Counted from the first letter of the stretch, positions 1 to 8,039 are shown. The stretch: DNA of 24,000 nt from an uncultured bacterium (GCA_913009695.1 CAJVWV010000011.1:1-24000); one strand, 5' to 3'. Notes: generated by a model from the sequence alone, not told the origin. Numbers and translations are program-made.

Positions 1-98
1 TTGTGCTGATGTGGACCTGGTTGGTATGTGTGTCATGTACATGACCTTCTTTGTCTTTTTTTTTTTTTTTTGTTTTTTTTGTGTTTTATTTTTTTTTT
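1..98. other. Non-genomic low-complexity / poly-T sequence upstream of the adapter (read-through junk at contig end)
   Basis: Long T homopolymer runs (about 55-98) lie directly 5' of a complete P5 adapter. This is the expected reverse complement of a read that ran through the adapter into poly-A. Confidence 0.6.
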
Positions 99-156
99 AA
101 TGATACGGCGACCACCGAGATCTACACTCTTTCCCTACACGACGCTCTTCCGATCT
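99..156 (+). other. Illumina TruSeq universal (P5) adapter, 58 nt, assembly contamination
   Basis: Exact string AATGATACGGCGACCACCGAGATCTACACTCTTTCCCTACACGACGCTCTTCCGATCT. Confidence 0.97.
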
Positions 157-501
157 CCTATTATTAATAGGCGTAAAGTCAAAATTGAGTTTCAGGAAGG
201 AAAAATATTTCCTGTAGTAACAGTATGGGAGCTCATGGTCATAACCGTTATAGAAGAAAATGATTTTACATTTTTCTTTTTTATAGCAGGCGATGATGAT
301 CCGATCGCTTACGCAAATACAGTAAAAGAAGTTGAAGAATGGCTTATAAACCATGTTCCGTTGAAAAGAATAATAATTAAAAACGAGGATGTCAGAAAAG
401 AGACCATAGAAGAACGCTTTGCAGGACTTCCGATTGATCTGGAATACGAAGAAGCAAGATTAAAAATGGAAAAAAATTACTCAAAAATAAAAATGAATTA
501 G
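157..501 (+). CDS. Hypothetical protein, 5'-truncated at the true start of the contig
   Basis: The frame is open from the adapter junction to TAG 499-501. The ORF-track version (28..501) starts inside junk and adapter; the peptide RRPPRSTLFPYTTLFRS is translated adapter. No family recognised. Confidence 0.4.
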   Translation, partial: PIINRRKVKIEFQEGKIFPVVTVWELMVITVIEENDFTFFFFIAGDDDPIAYANTVKEVEEWLINHVPLKRIIIKNEDVRKETIEERFAGLPIDLEYEEARLKMEKNYSKIKMN

Positions 502-509
502 GAGGGAAA

Positions 510-1208
510 ATGACTAAAAGACAAGACACAAATATCGCTATTGTTGCTTCCGGAGGCGGAAGCACGGGAAACGTAGTTATGGAGGCTGACAAAAATGGTT
601 TTTTAATCGATGGTAGCGTTATGCTTTTAATAAGCACCAAAAAAGACGCTGGATGTATAGACAAGGCACGCAGAAACAATGTCAAAAGCATCGTTATTGA
701 GGTGGACAAAACCATAGATGATAAACGCGTCAGAGTGGTTGATTGGAACTGCAGATTGCACAATGCTATTAGGGAAAACAAAATAGATGTTCTTGTTCTT
801 GCCGGTTGTGTAATAGAAGTTTATCCCCTGCTTAATGTCTACATTGTTAATACCCATCCGGCCAACAAAAAAAGGCACGGCGGCAGAGGTATGTACGGCA
901 CTAAAGTTCACAGAAGCGTGCTTATGTGCATAAAGGACCAGATCAAAAGAGAAATGTTGAGCGTAAAAAATGATATTTTTACTGAAATTCATTTTCACGA
1001 AGTAGATGAAAACATGGACACAGGCGAGTCTATTCTTATCACTCGCGTAAAGATTCCAAAAGACATCATCAAAGACTTAATGGAGGGCAAAATAAGAATA
1101 GGCATGTTGGCAGAGCGCTTACAGAAGTATGTACTTCAGTATGAATACGCTATGTTGCCTTCAGCCATAAACATTGCAATTGAAAATGCTTTAAGCATGA
1201 GGAGGTGA
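510..1208 (+). CDS. purN: Phosphoribosylglycinamide formyltransferase (PurN-type formyl transferase)
   Basis: AGGAGGG SD at 501-507. N-terminal IAIVASGGGS, VLVLAGC, catalytic N-T-H-P motif (IVNTHPA) and DENMDTGE match the PurN N106/H108/D144 pattern. The protein has a roughly 10-20 aa extra segment after the HP motif. It sits directly upstream of purL. Confidence 0.75.
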   Translation: MTKRQDTNIAIVASGGGSTGNVVMEADKNGFLIDGSVMLLISTKKDAGCIDKARRNNVKSIVIEVDKTIDDKRVRVVDWNCRLHNAIRENKIDVLVLAGCVIEVYPLLNVYIVNTHPANKKRHGGRGMYGTKVHRSVLMCIKDQIKREMLSVKNDIFTEIHFHEVDENMDTGESILITRVKIPKDIIKDLMEGKIRIGMLAERLQKYVLQYEYAMLPSAINIAIENALSMRR

Positions 1209-4200
1209 ACAAATTGAAAAAGATCATACATTTTTTTCGGACACCAGCTCTTACTGAAAATCAAATCAAGCAAATTATGATTTTACAGCCAAGGTCTTCC
1301 CCTGATATTAAGATAGTTAAAACGGAATACTGTTTTAACGTTGAGATAACAGAGGAGTTAAACGACGAGGAATTAACAAGGCTTGGTTGGCTACTTTCTG
1401 AAACGTTTGAGCCGGATAAATTCTCCAGCGACAGTTTTCTTTTACCTGAGCTGTTTGCTGATAAATATCAGCAAACTTTTGAGGTAGGGCCCCGCCTAAA
1501 CTTCACAACTGCTTGGTCAACTAACGCGGTAGAGGTTTGCCGGAATTGTAGAGTCAACAAAATAACCCGCATAGAACGTTCACGCAGATTTCTTGTTGAA
1601 ACCCCCGGTAAACTTTCGGACACAGAAAAAGAGGCGTTTTTGACGGTGATTCATGACCGCATGACAGAATGCGAATATCATGAACCGCTTCAAACATTCG
1701 AAACCAACAAAAAACCTGAACCTGTACGCGAAATACAAATTATTGAAAAGGGGCAGCAGGCGCTTGTTGACTTGAATGATAAACTTGGGCTTGGACTTGA
1801 TGATTGGGACATTAACTATTACTACGGACTGTTCACAAAAGATATCGGACGAAATCCCACAGATGTTGAATGTTTTGATCTGTCACAGTCTAACAGCGAG
1901 CATTCCCGCCATTGGTTTTTTCAAGGCAAACTGATTATTGATGGCAAAGAAACACCACACACACTTATGGAAATCATCAGCAAACCCCGTAGGGATAATC
2001 CCGGAAACAGTATCATTGCTTTTCGTGACAACTCCAGCTCAATCAGAGGATACGAAATTGAAACAATTCTTCCCGAAAAACCCGGCCAGCCTTCTCGCTT
2101 TGTTGTTGCTCGTCTTCGCTACGACATAATTTTCACAGCTGAAACACACAACTTCCCGAGCGGAGTCGCTCCGTTTCCAGGAGCTCAAACCGGCACAGGC
2201 GGAAGGATAAGAGACATACAGGCGACGGGCAGAGGCGGATTGGTTGTCGCAGGAACAGCGGCGTATTGCGTAGGCAACCTTCAAATTCCCGGATACGAAC
2301 TTCCGTGGGAAGACAATTCGTTCCCGTACCCCAGTAACCTTGCTTCTCCGCTTGACATTGAAATTCAAGCGAGCAATGGAGCGTCCGATTACGGAAACAA
2401 ATTCGGTGAGCCAGTTGTTCAAGGCTATACCCGCTCATTCGGCATGAGAATACCCAATGGCGAACGCTACGAATGGCTAAAACCGATTATGTTTACGGCA
2501 GGTGTAGGTCAGATGAATTCAGACCACGCTAAAAAAGAAAAGCCTGAAAAAGGTATGGTTGTCATGCAGGTTGGCGGTCCCGCTTATCGCATTGGCGTAG
2601 GTGGCGGCGCGGCTTCAAGCATGATCCAAGGAGAAAACGTAGCTAAACTTGATTTTAACGCAGTCCAGCGCGGTGATGCTGAGATGGAACAGAAGATGAA
2701 CCGTGTTTTTAGAACATGCATTGAAATGGGAGACAACAACCCCATAGCAAGCGCCCATGATCAAGGTGCTGGCGGACCATGCAACGTAATAACCGAACTT
2801 GTTGAGCCTGCTGGAGGTAGAATAGAAATAAGAAACATCCAGATTGGCGATCACACACTTTCAGTCCTTGAAATTTGGGGAGCTGAATTTCAAGAACGTA
2901 ATGGCTTGCTTATTCACGCTAACAGAGTTGATGAGTTTGTCGCTATTTGCGAAAGAGAAAAAGTGGGTTGTGAAAATCTTGGTATCATAACAGGCGACGG
3001 ACACATTGTCGTGCACGACTCTAACGATGATTCAACTCCTGTTAATCTTGATTTAAATCAGATACTCGCTGAGATGCCGCAAAAAACTTTCAAGCTTGAC
3101 AGGATTCCCATGAAACTTGAACCGCTTGAACTGCCTGACGACTTAACGGTAATGGACGCGCTTGAAAAAGTGCTCCGTTTATTGTCAGTTGGCTCAAAGC
3201 GTTTCTTAACTAACAAAGCTGATCGTTCAGTTACGGGACTCGTTGCGCAACAGCAGTGTGCAGGACCATTACAGCTTACGGTTTCTGACGTTGCGGTTGT
3301 TGCTCAAAGTCATTTTCCTAATGACGATGGTAAACATACTGGTTCTGCTATCTCAATCGGCGAACGACCAATCTTAACACTTCTTGATCCCGCTAAAATG
3401 GCGCGAATGGCTAACGGTGAGATGCTTACTAACCTTGTCTGGGCATTAATTTCTTCTTTTGAAGATATAAAATGTTCAGGCAACTGGATGTGGGCGGGAA
3501 AACTTCCCGGCGAAGGTGCTAAGCTTTACGACGCGGCAGTAGCTTTAAGCGACATTTTAACCATTCTGGGTATAGCAATTGACGGTGGAAAAGACAGTAT
3601 GTCAATGGCTACAAAGGTTGACGGCGAAGACGAACCAGTCAAATCTCCCGGAGCATTAGTTATGTCGGCTTATGCAACATGCCCAGATATCACAAAAGTA
3701 ATTACACCGGACATCAAGAGACAGGGTAAGAGTTCATTAATTTTCATTGATCTTGCAAAAGGGAAAAATCGTTTAGGTGGTTCAGCGCTAGCGCAGGTAC
3801 ACAGCCAAATCGGCGATGAATCTCCTGATGTTGACGATCCTGATTACCTCAAACACGTATTCAATGCCATTCAGACGATGATCAGCGAGAATATGATCTT
3901 ATCAGGCCACGACAGAAGCGACGGCGGACTGATTACGACCTTGCTTGAGATGACGTTTGCCGGCAACTGCGGAATTGACATTGATTTTCATTCGGAATGC
4001 AGAGATCCGCTTAAAGTTCTTTTTTCAGAAGAGCTTGGGCTGGTTGTTGAAATAGCTGATGAACACCTTGAAGATGTTTATCAGTTTTTGCAAGACAATT
4101 TTATAGAAGCTTGGGAGATCGGAAGAACCACCAAAGAAAAAACAATTTCTATAAAGTTAAACGGCAAAAATGTTCTTAACGAAGACATGCGGAAACTTCG

Positions 4201-5161
4201 CCAAATCTGGGAAGAAACAAGCTACCGGCTTGAACTACTTCAAACAAACCCTGAATGTGCTAAAGCAGAAAAGAAAAACATTTACGACAGACCTGAGCCA
4301 CACTACCACATACCGTTTAATCTTGTACTTACTGAAAAGAGTATTCTGACAGCTAAAAACAAACCAAAAGTGGCGATCATACGCGAAGAAGGCAGTAACA
4401 GTGATCGCGAGATGACTTCGGCATTTTTCCAAGCAGGGTTTGATACATGGGACGTTACCATGACTGATCTTATTGAGGGCAGAGTGACCTTAAAAGGTTT
4501 TCGCGGAATCGCTTTTGTCGGCGGATTCAGCTATGCGGACGTTCTTGACGCCGCGAAAGGCTGGGCCGGAGTCATAAAGTTCAACGAAAAAGCACGTAAA
4601 GAGTTGCAGGATTTCAAAGACAGAAAAGATACGTTCAGTCTCGGAGTCTGCAACGGCTGCCAGCTCATGACATTACTCGGTTGGATTCCATGGCAGGGCA
4701 TACCCGATACTAAACAGCCAAGGTTTATTCAGAACACTTCCGGAAAATTTGAATCCCGCTGGTCAACAGTAACGATTCTCGACGATAGCCCGTCAATTAT
4801 GCTTAAAGGTATGGGCGACCTGACTTTCGGAATTCCCGTAGCTCATGGCGAAGGAAGATTCTTTTTGCCAGACCACTCAATACTTGACGACGGCAGAATG
4901 GGCAAACTCATGCCGGTACGCTACGTTGATGACACCAACGACATTACTCAGGAATACCCATTTAATCCAAATGGGTCGCGGATGGGCGTAGCCGGAATAT
5001 GTTCAGAAGATGGTCGTCATTTAGCTATGATGCCGCATCCGGAAAGAGCATTTCTCCCATGGCAGTGTCATTGGATACCCGAAGATATGAAAAAAGATCT
5101 TGTGGTGTCTCCATGGATTAAGATGTTCCAAAACGCACGTGAATGGTGCGAAAAAAACTAA
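1205..5161 (+). CDS. purL: Phosphoribosylformylglycinamidine (FGAM) synthase, large single-chain type
   Basis: 1318 aa. It has FGAM-synthase/AIR-synthase-like repeats (GAQTGTGGRIRD, DQGAGGPCN) and a C-terminal class I glutaminase domain (GVCNGCQLM nucleophile elbow, MMPHPER). GTG 1205 overlaps the purN stop (GTGA). In-frame TTG 1214 is 9 nt after AGGAGG (1199-1204) and may be the real start. Confidence 0.95.
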   Translation: MNKLKKIIHFFRTPALTENQIKQIMILQPRSSPDIKIVKTEYCFNVEITEELNDEELTRLGWLLSETFEPDKFSSDSFLLPELFADKYQQTFEVGPRLNFTTAWSTNAVEVCRNCRVNKITRIERSRRFLVETPGKLSDTEKEAFLTVIHDRMTECEYHEPLQTFETNKKPEPVREIQIIEKGQQALVDLNDKLGLGLDDWDINYYYGLFTKDIGRNPTDVECFDLSQSNSEHSRHWFFQGKLIIDGKETPHTLMEIISKPRRDNPGNSIIAFRDNSSSIRGYEIETILPEKPGQPSRFVVARLRYDIIFTAETHNFPSGVAPFPGAQTGTGGRIRDIQATGRGGLVVAGTAAYCVGNLQIPGYELPWEDNSFPYPSNLASPLDIEIQASNGASDYGNKFGEPVVQGYTRSFGMRIPNGERYEWLKPIMFTAGVGQMNSDHAKKEKPEKGMVVMQVGGPAYRIGVGGGAASSMIQGENVAKLDFNAVQRGDAEMEQKMNRVFRTCIEMGDNNPIASAHDQGAGGPCNVITELVEPAGGRIEIRNIQIGDHTLSVLEIWGAEFQERNGLLIHANRVDEFVAICEREKVGCENLGIITGDGHIVVHDSNDDSTPVNLDLNQILAEMPQKTFKLDRIPMKLEPLELPDDLTVMDALEKVLRLLSVGSKRFLTNKADRSVTGLVAQQQCAGPLQLTVSDVAVVAQSHFPNDDGKHTGSAISIGERPILTLLDPAKMARMANGEMLTNLVWALISSFEDIKCSGNWMWAGKLPGEGAKLYDAAVALSDILTILGIAIDGGKDSMSMATKVDGEDEPVKSPGALVMSAYATCPDITKVITPDIKRQGKSSLIFIDLAKGKNRLGGSALAQVHSQIGDESPDVDDPDYLKHVFNAIQTMISENMILSGHDRSDGGLITTLLEMTFAGNCGIDIDFHSECRDPLKVLFSEELGLVVEIADEHLEDVYQFLQDNFIEAWEIGRTTKEKTISIKLNGKNVLNEDMRKLRQIWEETSYRLELLQTNPECAKAEKKNIYDRPEPHYHIPFNLVLTEKSILTAKNKPKVAIIREEGSNSDREMTSAFFQAGFDTWDVTMTDLIEGRVTLKGFRGIAFVGGFSYADVLDAAKGWAGVIKFNEKARKELQDFKDRKDTFSLGVCNGCQLMTLLGWIPWQGIPDTKQPRFIQNTSGKFESRWSTVTILDDSPSIMLKGMGDLTFGIPVAHGEGRFFLPDHSILDDGRMGKLMPVRYVDDTNDITQEYPFNPNGSRMGVAGICSEDGRHLAMMPHPERAFLPWQCHWIPEDMKKDLVVSPWIKMFQNAREWCEKN

Positions 5162-5187
5162 AAGGAGGCAAATACTTAATACAACAC

Positions 5188-5221
5188 CCCGCTAGTCAGC
5201 AAAGACTAGCGGGATTTTTTT
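5188..5221 (+). terminator. Rho-independent terminator after purL
   Basis: 10-bp stem CCCGCTAGTC/GACTAGCGGG, 6-nt loop, then a T7 run. Confidence 0.75.
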
Positions 5222-5258
5222 ACCTCACCCCCTCCCTCTTCTTGGCAAGGAGAGGGGG
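5222..5258. repeat. GC-rich palindromic element, family B (ACCTCACCCC..CCCTCT..GGAGAGGG)
   Basis: Imperfect hairpin CCCCCTCCCTCTT/AAGGAGAGGGGG. It is about 75-80% identical by hand alignment to the reverse complement of 17435-17468, which lies inside a CDS. Confidence 0.7.
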
Positions 5259-5265
5259 CATTAGA

Positions 5266-5293
5266 TTGACTTTTTTTATTTTTATGATAATAT
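5266..5293 (+). promoter_or_regulatory. Candidate sigma70-type promoter for purM
   Basis: TTGACT, 16 nt, TAATAT, with TG one base upstream of the -10 (TGATAATAT). AT-rich background, so weak evidence. Confidence 0.3.
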
Positions 5294-5380
5294 ATAAAAA
5301 ACATAGGGGGAAGCATACATATGCATCGCTCTTTTTATTTTGAATAAAATTTAAACCTAAAGAAAGAGAGGAAAAAGAAA

Positions 5381-6436
5381 ATGGAGAAAAAAGGAATGGA
5401 CTATAAAAAAGCAGGCGTTGATATTGATGCGGGCAATTCATTTGCAGACACAATAAAAATGCTTGTGAAGGAAGCTTGGCCAGGTAGAGAAGATGAAATC
5501 GGTGGTTTTGCAGGCGGCGGAAACATCCCAAGAAATGCAAAAATAGTAAAAGGGTCAACTGACGGAACAGGCACTAAGGCAAAAGTTGCGGCATTAGTAG
5601 AAAATTTTGTAGGACTGGGGCAGGACGGAGTGGCGATGAGTGCTGTAGATATGTATGTATCTGGCGCTATGCCAACATACTTGCTAGACACGCTTTGCGT
5701 GGGCAAGTTAAAGCCTGACTTACATATCGAAATAATAAAAAGCATAATTCGAGCATGTAAACTTTCGTTCTGTAAAATAATCGGCGGAGAGACCGCTGAA
5801 CTTCCTGGAATGTTTAAACATCCATGGATAGTTAATTTGGATGTAGCCGTCATTGGCTTTCCTCGCCCATTTTTAAGTTATGCCCCCGTAAAACCCGGCC
5901 AATTAATATATGGTTGGCCTTCGTTCGGACCTGGTTCAAACGGATTTTCTCTTTTAAGAAAAGTACATGAAATAGAGAGCGGTGTCATAAAGGGAAGAAA
6001 AATTCTTGAGAAAAAGTATAAAGAACTTGGAGGAGATAGTCTTGCGGCCGCCTTGCTTGAACCAACACCCATATGGATCAATCTCATTGAAGAGCAAAGA
6101 AAAATGGGTGTTAAATTTTCAGGACATGCGCACATAACTGGTGGAGGTATGGTTGAGAACATCCCGCGCATATTACCATCCACGTGCAAAGCTGTTATTA
6201 ACAAAAGCTCCTGGTTAAGACCGCCCATTTTTGGGTTTACCCAAAAAAAAGGTAAAATCAAAGAAGAAGAGATGAATAGGACATTTAACCAGGGAATTAT
6301 GGTTGTCTCAATTGTAGATCCCGAAAAAGGTCCTGTCATGAATTCCGATAAAGCTATTTTAATCGGAGAAGTTGTTCGTAAAACAGAAGATGGTCCGCAA
6401 GTAGAGTTTAGAGAAAAGTACAGAGACTATCTATAA
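5381..6436 (+). CDS. purM: Phosphoribosylformylglycinamidine cyclo-ligase (AIR synthetase)
   Basis: MDYKKAGVDIDAGN, DGTGTK, GGETAELPG and HITGGG motifs. GAGAGG SD lies 9 nt upstream. Confidence 0.93.
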   Translation: MEKKGMDYKKAGVDIDAGNSFADTIKMLVKEAWPGREDEIGGFAGGGNIPRNAKIVKGSTDGTGTKAKVAALVENFVGLGQDGVAMSAVDMYVSGAMPTYLLDTLCVGKLKPDLHIEIIKSIIRACKLSFCKIIGGETAELPGMFKHPWIVNLDVAVIGFPRPFLSYAPVKPGQLIYGWPSFGPGSNGFSLLRKVHEIESGVIKGRKILEKKYKELGGDSLAAALLEPTPIWINLIEEQRKMGVKFSGHAHITGGGMVENIPRILPSTCKAVINKSSWLRPPIFGFTQKKGKIKEEEMNRTFNQGIMVVSIVDPEKGPVMNSDKAILIGEVVRKTEDGPQVEFREKYRDYL

Positions 6437-6449
6437 AGTATCATTTACG

Positions 6450-6480
6450 GGACGAGCCAATAGCTCGTCCTTTTCTTTTT
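6450..6480 (+). terminator. Rho-independent terminator after purM
   Basis: 8-bp stem GGACGAGC/GCTCGTCC, loop CAATA, then TTTTCTTTTT. Confidence 0.8.
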
Positions 6481-6516
6481 GCCTAAAAAATGGTAAAAGT
6501 ATTATATAATAATAAG

Positions 6517-6545
6517 TCCCCCTAACCCCCTTTATTAAAGGGGGA
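6517..6545. repeat. GC-rich palindromic element, family A (TCCCCCTAACCCCCTTTATTAAAGGGGGA)
   Basis: Hairpin CCCCCTTT/AAAGGGGG. It is about 85% identical to the reverse complement of 22691-22727 inside murD. Its 3' arm GGGGGA lies 7 nt upstream of the methyltransferase ATG. Confidence 0.7.
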
Positions 6546-6552
6546 AGAAAGT

Positions 6553-7242
6553 ATGAACAAAGATACTCAAAAAGAATTATTGAATATTGTTAAACGCAAT
6601 TATGATGAAATTGCGGAGGAATTTAGTGAAACAAGAAAAAAATATTTATGGCCGGAATTAATTAAATTAAGTGAAGGAATTAAGGATGGAGGCAGTATTC
6701 TTGACGTTGGTTGTGGTAACGGCCGACTGCTTAGAGCTTTTAAGTATAAGGATATTAATTATATCGGAGTGGACAACAGCGAAAAATTAATTAAAATAGC
6801 GCAAAATGATTTTAAAGAAACCGGATATAATTTTTTAGTCGGTGATATTTTAGAACTTGGAAAAATATCGCAAACAAACTTTGACTGCGTTTATTCTATA
6901 GCCGTACTGCAACACATCCCCGGACACGATTTACAAATCGCCGCACTGAAACAGCTAAAAAATAAAGTTAGCGAAGAAGGAAAAATTGTTTTAACTGTTT
7001 GGAATTTATGGAGCCAAAAAAAATTCAGAAAGTTAATTTTTAAATTCTTTTTATTAAAACTGATTAAAAAAAACAAAATGGATTTTGGCGATATTGTATT
7101 TGAAGGTTTTAATCAAAAGTCTAAAAGATATTATCACGGCTTTAGAAAAAGAGAGTTAAAAAAAATAATAAAAAAAGCGGGCTTAAAAATTAAAAAAATC
7201 TATAAAGACAAATATAACTATTACGCTATTTTAAAGAGATAA
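6553..7242 (+). CDS. Class I SAM-dependent methyltransferase
   Basis: Motif I ILDVGCGNGR, then VDNSEKLI and acidic-loop/post-I motifs. Lys-rich C-terminus. Confidence 0.8.
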   Translation: MNKDTQKELLNIVKRNYDEIAEEFSETRKKYLWPELIKLSEGIKDGGSILDVGCGNGRLLRAFKYKDINYIGVDNSEKLIKIAQNDFKETGYNFLVGDILELGKISQTNFDCVYSIAVLQHIPGHDLQIAALKQLKNKVSEEGKIVLTVWNLWSQKKFRKLIFKFFLLKLIKKNKMDFGDIVFEGFNQKSKRYYHGFRKRELKKIIKKAGLKIKKIYKDKYNYYAILKR

Positions 7243-7281
7243 TACTTGATTTATTTATAATTTCGTGTTAGTATAATTTTG

Positions 7282-7302
7282 AACTCCGAAAAGGAGTTTT
7301 TT
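7282..7302 (+). terminator. Weak hairpin plus T-run after the methyltransferase
   Basis: AACTCC-GAAAA-GGAGTT followed by T6. The stem is only 6 bp. Confidence 0.4.
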
Positions 7303-7318
7303 GTAATAAAACTTATTT

Positions 7319-7392
7319 GCACCCGTAGCTCAATTGGATAGAGTGTCTGGCTTCGGACCAGAAGGTTGTAGGTTCGAGTCCTACCGGGTGCA
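7319..7392 (+). tRNA. tRNA-Arg (anticodon TCG)
   Basis: Cloverleaf folded by hand: acceptor GCACCCG/CGGGTGC, anticodon stem TCTGG/CCAGA, loop CTTCGGA, T arm GTAGG-TTCGAGT-CCTAC. No encoded CCA. Confidence 0.93.
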
Positions 7393-7396
7393 CTAA

Positions 7397-7467
7397 AATC
7401 AATCTACAATTTTCAATGATCAATTTACAATAATTTATAATTGTACATTGAAAATTGTTAATTGATT
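7397..7467 (+). repeat. Inter-tRNA spacer hairpin 1
   Basis: AATCAATCTACAATTTTCAATG (7397-7418) pairs with CATTGAAAATTGTTAATTGATT (7446-7467) at 20/22. There is an inner stem TACAAT/ATTGTA. The structure fills almost the whole 76-nt spacer. Confidence 0.7.
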
Positions 7468-7468
7468 A

Positions 7469-7545
7469 GGCTGGGTAGCTCAGTTGGTTAGAGCGTAGCA
7501 CTCATAACGCTAAGGTCGAGAGTTCAAGCCTCTCCCCAGCCACCA
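7469..7545 (+). tRNA. tRNA with CAT anticodon (elongator Met, or Ile2 if lysidine-modified), not initiator-like
   Basis: Acceptor GGCTGGG/CCCAGCC (G1-C72 paired), anticodon loop CTCATAA, no GGG/CCC in the anticodon stem, T arm GAGAG-TTCAAGC-CTCTC. CCA is encoded. Confidence 0.9.
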
Positions 7546-7548
7546 TTC

Positions 7549-7601
7549 AATTAACAATGATCAATTACGAATTTCAAATATTTAATTGATAATTGTTAAT
7601 T
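7549..7601 (+). repeat. Inter-tRNA spacer hairpin 2
   Basis: AATTAACAATGATCAATTA (7549-7567) pairs with TAATTGATAATTGTTAATT (7583-7601) at 18/19, with a 15-nt loop. It shares CAATGATCAATT and AATTGTTAATT words with spacer 1. Confidence 0.7.
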
Positions 7602-7620
7602 TTTAATTGCAAATTGATTT

Positions 7621-7693
7621 GCGCCCTTAGCTCAGTTGGTAGAGCAGTTGCCTCTTAAGCAAACGGTCACAGGTTCAAATCCTGTAGGGCGCA
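7621..7693 (+). tRNA. tRNA-Lys (anticodon CTT)
   Basis: Acceptor GCGCCCT/AGGGCGC, anticodon loop CTCTTAA, T arm ACAGG-TTCAAAT-CCTGT. Confidence 0.93.
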
Positions 7694-7700
7694 CAAAAAT

Positions 7701-7740
7701 AAAAACAATCCCGAAGCTTCGGGATTGTTTTTATTTTTTA
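7701..7740. terminator. Bidirectional terminator shared by the tRNA cluster (+) and hup (-)
   Basis: Perfect palindrome AACAATCCCGAAG/CTTCGGGATTGTT, flanked by an A-run on the 5' side and a T-run on the 3' side. Confidence 0.8.
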
Positions 7741-7760
7741 TTATTTTACTTCAATAAATT

Positions 7761-8039
7761 TTAACTCTTTAAAGCGTCTTTTAGTGTCTTACCGGTTTTA
7801 AATTTAGCTACACGTACCTCTGGAATTTGAATTCTTTCTGACGGTTTTTGCGGATTTACGCCACCTCGGGCATGCCTAATTCTTGACAAAAATGTGCCAA
7901 AACCAGTTATAGATACCTCATTACCGGCCTTTAATTCATTGATTGTGATTTTTACAAAAGAATCAATCATCTTTTCGGCATCTTTTTTTGATACCTCTGC
8001 TTCTGCGGCGATTCTCTCAATTAAACTTGCTTTATTCAT
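7761..8039 (-). CDS. hup: HU family DNA-binding protein
   Basis: 92 aa. MNKASLIERIA, GFGTF, RHARGGVNPQKPSERIQIP and KFKTGKTLKDA match the HU/IHF fold signature. Confidence 0.93.
   Translation of the reverse strand: MNKASLIERIAAEAEVSKKDAEKMIDSFVKITINELKAGNEVSITGFGTFLSRIRHARGGVNPQKPSERIQIPEVRVAKFKTGKTLKDALKS

Noticed and set aside
97-998. ORFs 97..354(-), 392..781(-) and 627..998(-)
   Set aside because: They are antisense shadows of the truncated ORF and purN, or run through adapter and poly-T junk. They show no SD and no recognisable motifs.
1938-4432. Short ORFs inside purL (1938..2129+, 2039..2422-, 2133..2438-, 2615..2854-, 4235..4432-)
   Set aside because: All are nested in or antisense to a confidently identified 1318-aa PurL, and their peptides are low-complexity.
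5262-5380. Purine or ZTP riboswitch upstream of purM (also checked upstream of purN/purL)
   Set aside because: I could not find the conserved purine-riboswitch junction/loop pattern or the ZTP pseudoknot motifs. The leaders are short and AT-rich. An Infernal scan would be the decisive check.
5143-5558. ORFs 5143..5343(+) and 5220..5558(-)
   Set aside because: They span the purL terminator, a palindromic repeat and the purM promoter region. Their open frames are a by-product of GC-rich repeat sequence.
5401-6339. Antisense ORFs 5401..5853(-) and 5878..6339(-)
   Set aside because: They lie opposite the well-supported purM. These are typical shadow ORFs.
157-6500. The higher-GC pur region as a horizontally acquired island or chimeric join
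   Set aside because: The GC difference was judged only by eye, and ppsA also has GC-rich stretches. The region shares two repeat families with distant parts of the contig, and it lacks flanking integrase, tRNA-att or direct-repeat signatures. It is kept only as a hypothesis in the findings.
7246-7277. TTGATT ... TATAAT as a promoter for the tRNA cluster
   Set aside because: The spacer is 20 nt, outside the 16-18 nt optimum. There is no extended -10 TG, and the weak terminator hairpin at 7282-7302 lies downstream of it.
7319-7693. Regular tRNA/spacer periodicity (about 75 nt units) as a CRISPR-like array
   Set aside because: The repeating units are three different, properly folding tRNAs and the spacers are related hairpins. 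There are no identical short direct repeats and no cas genes.
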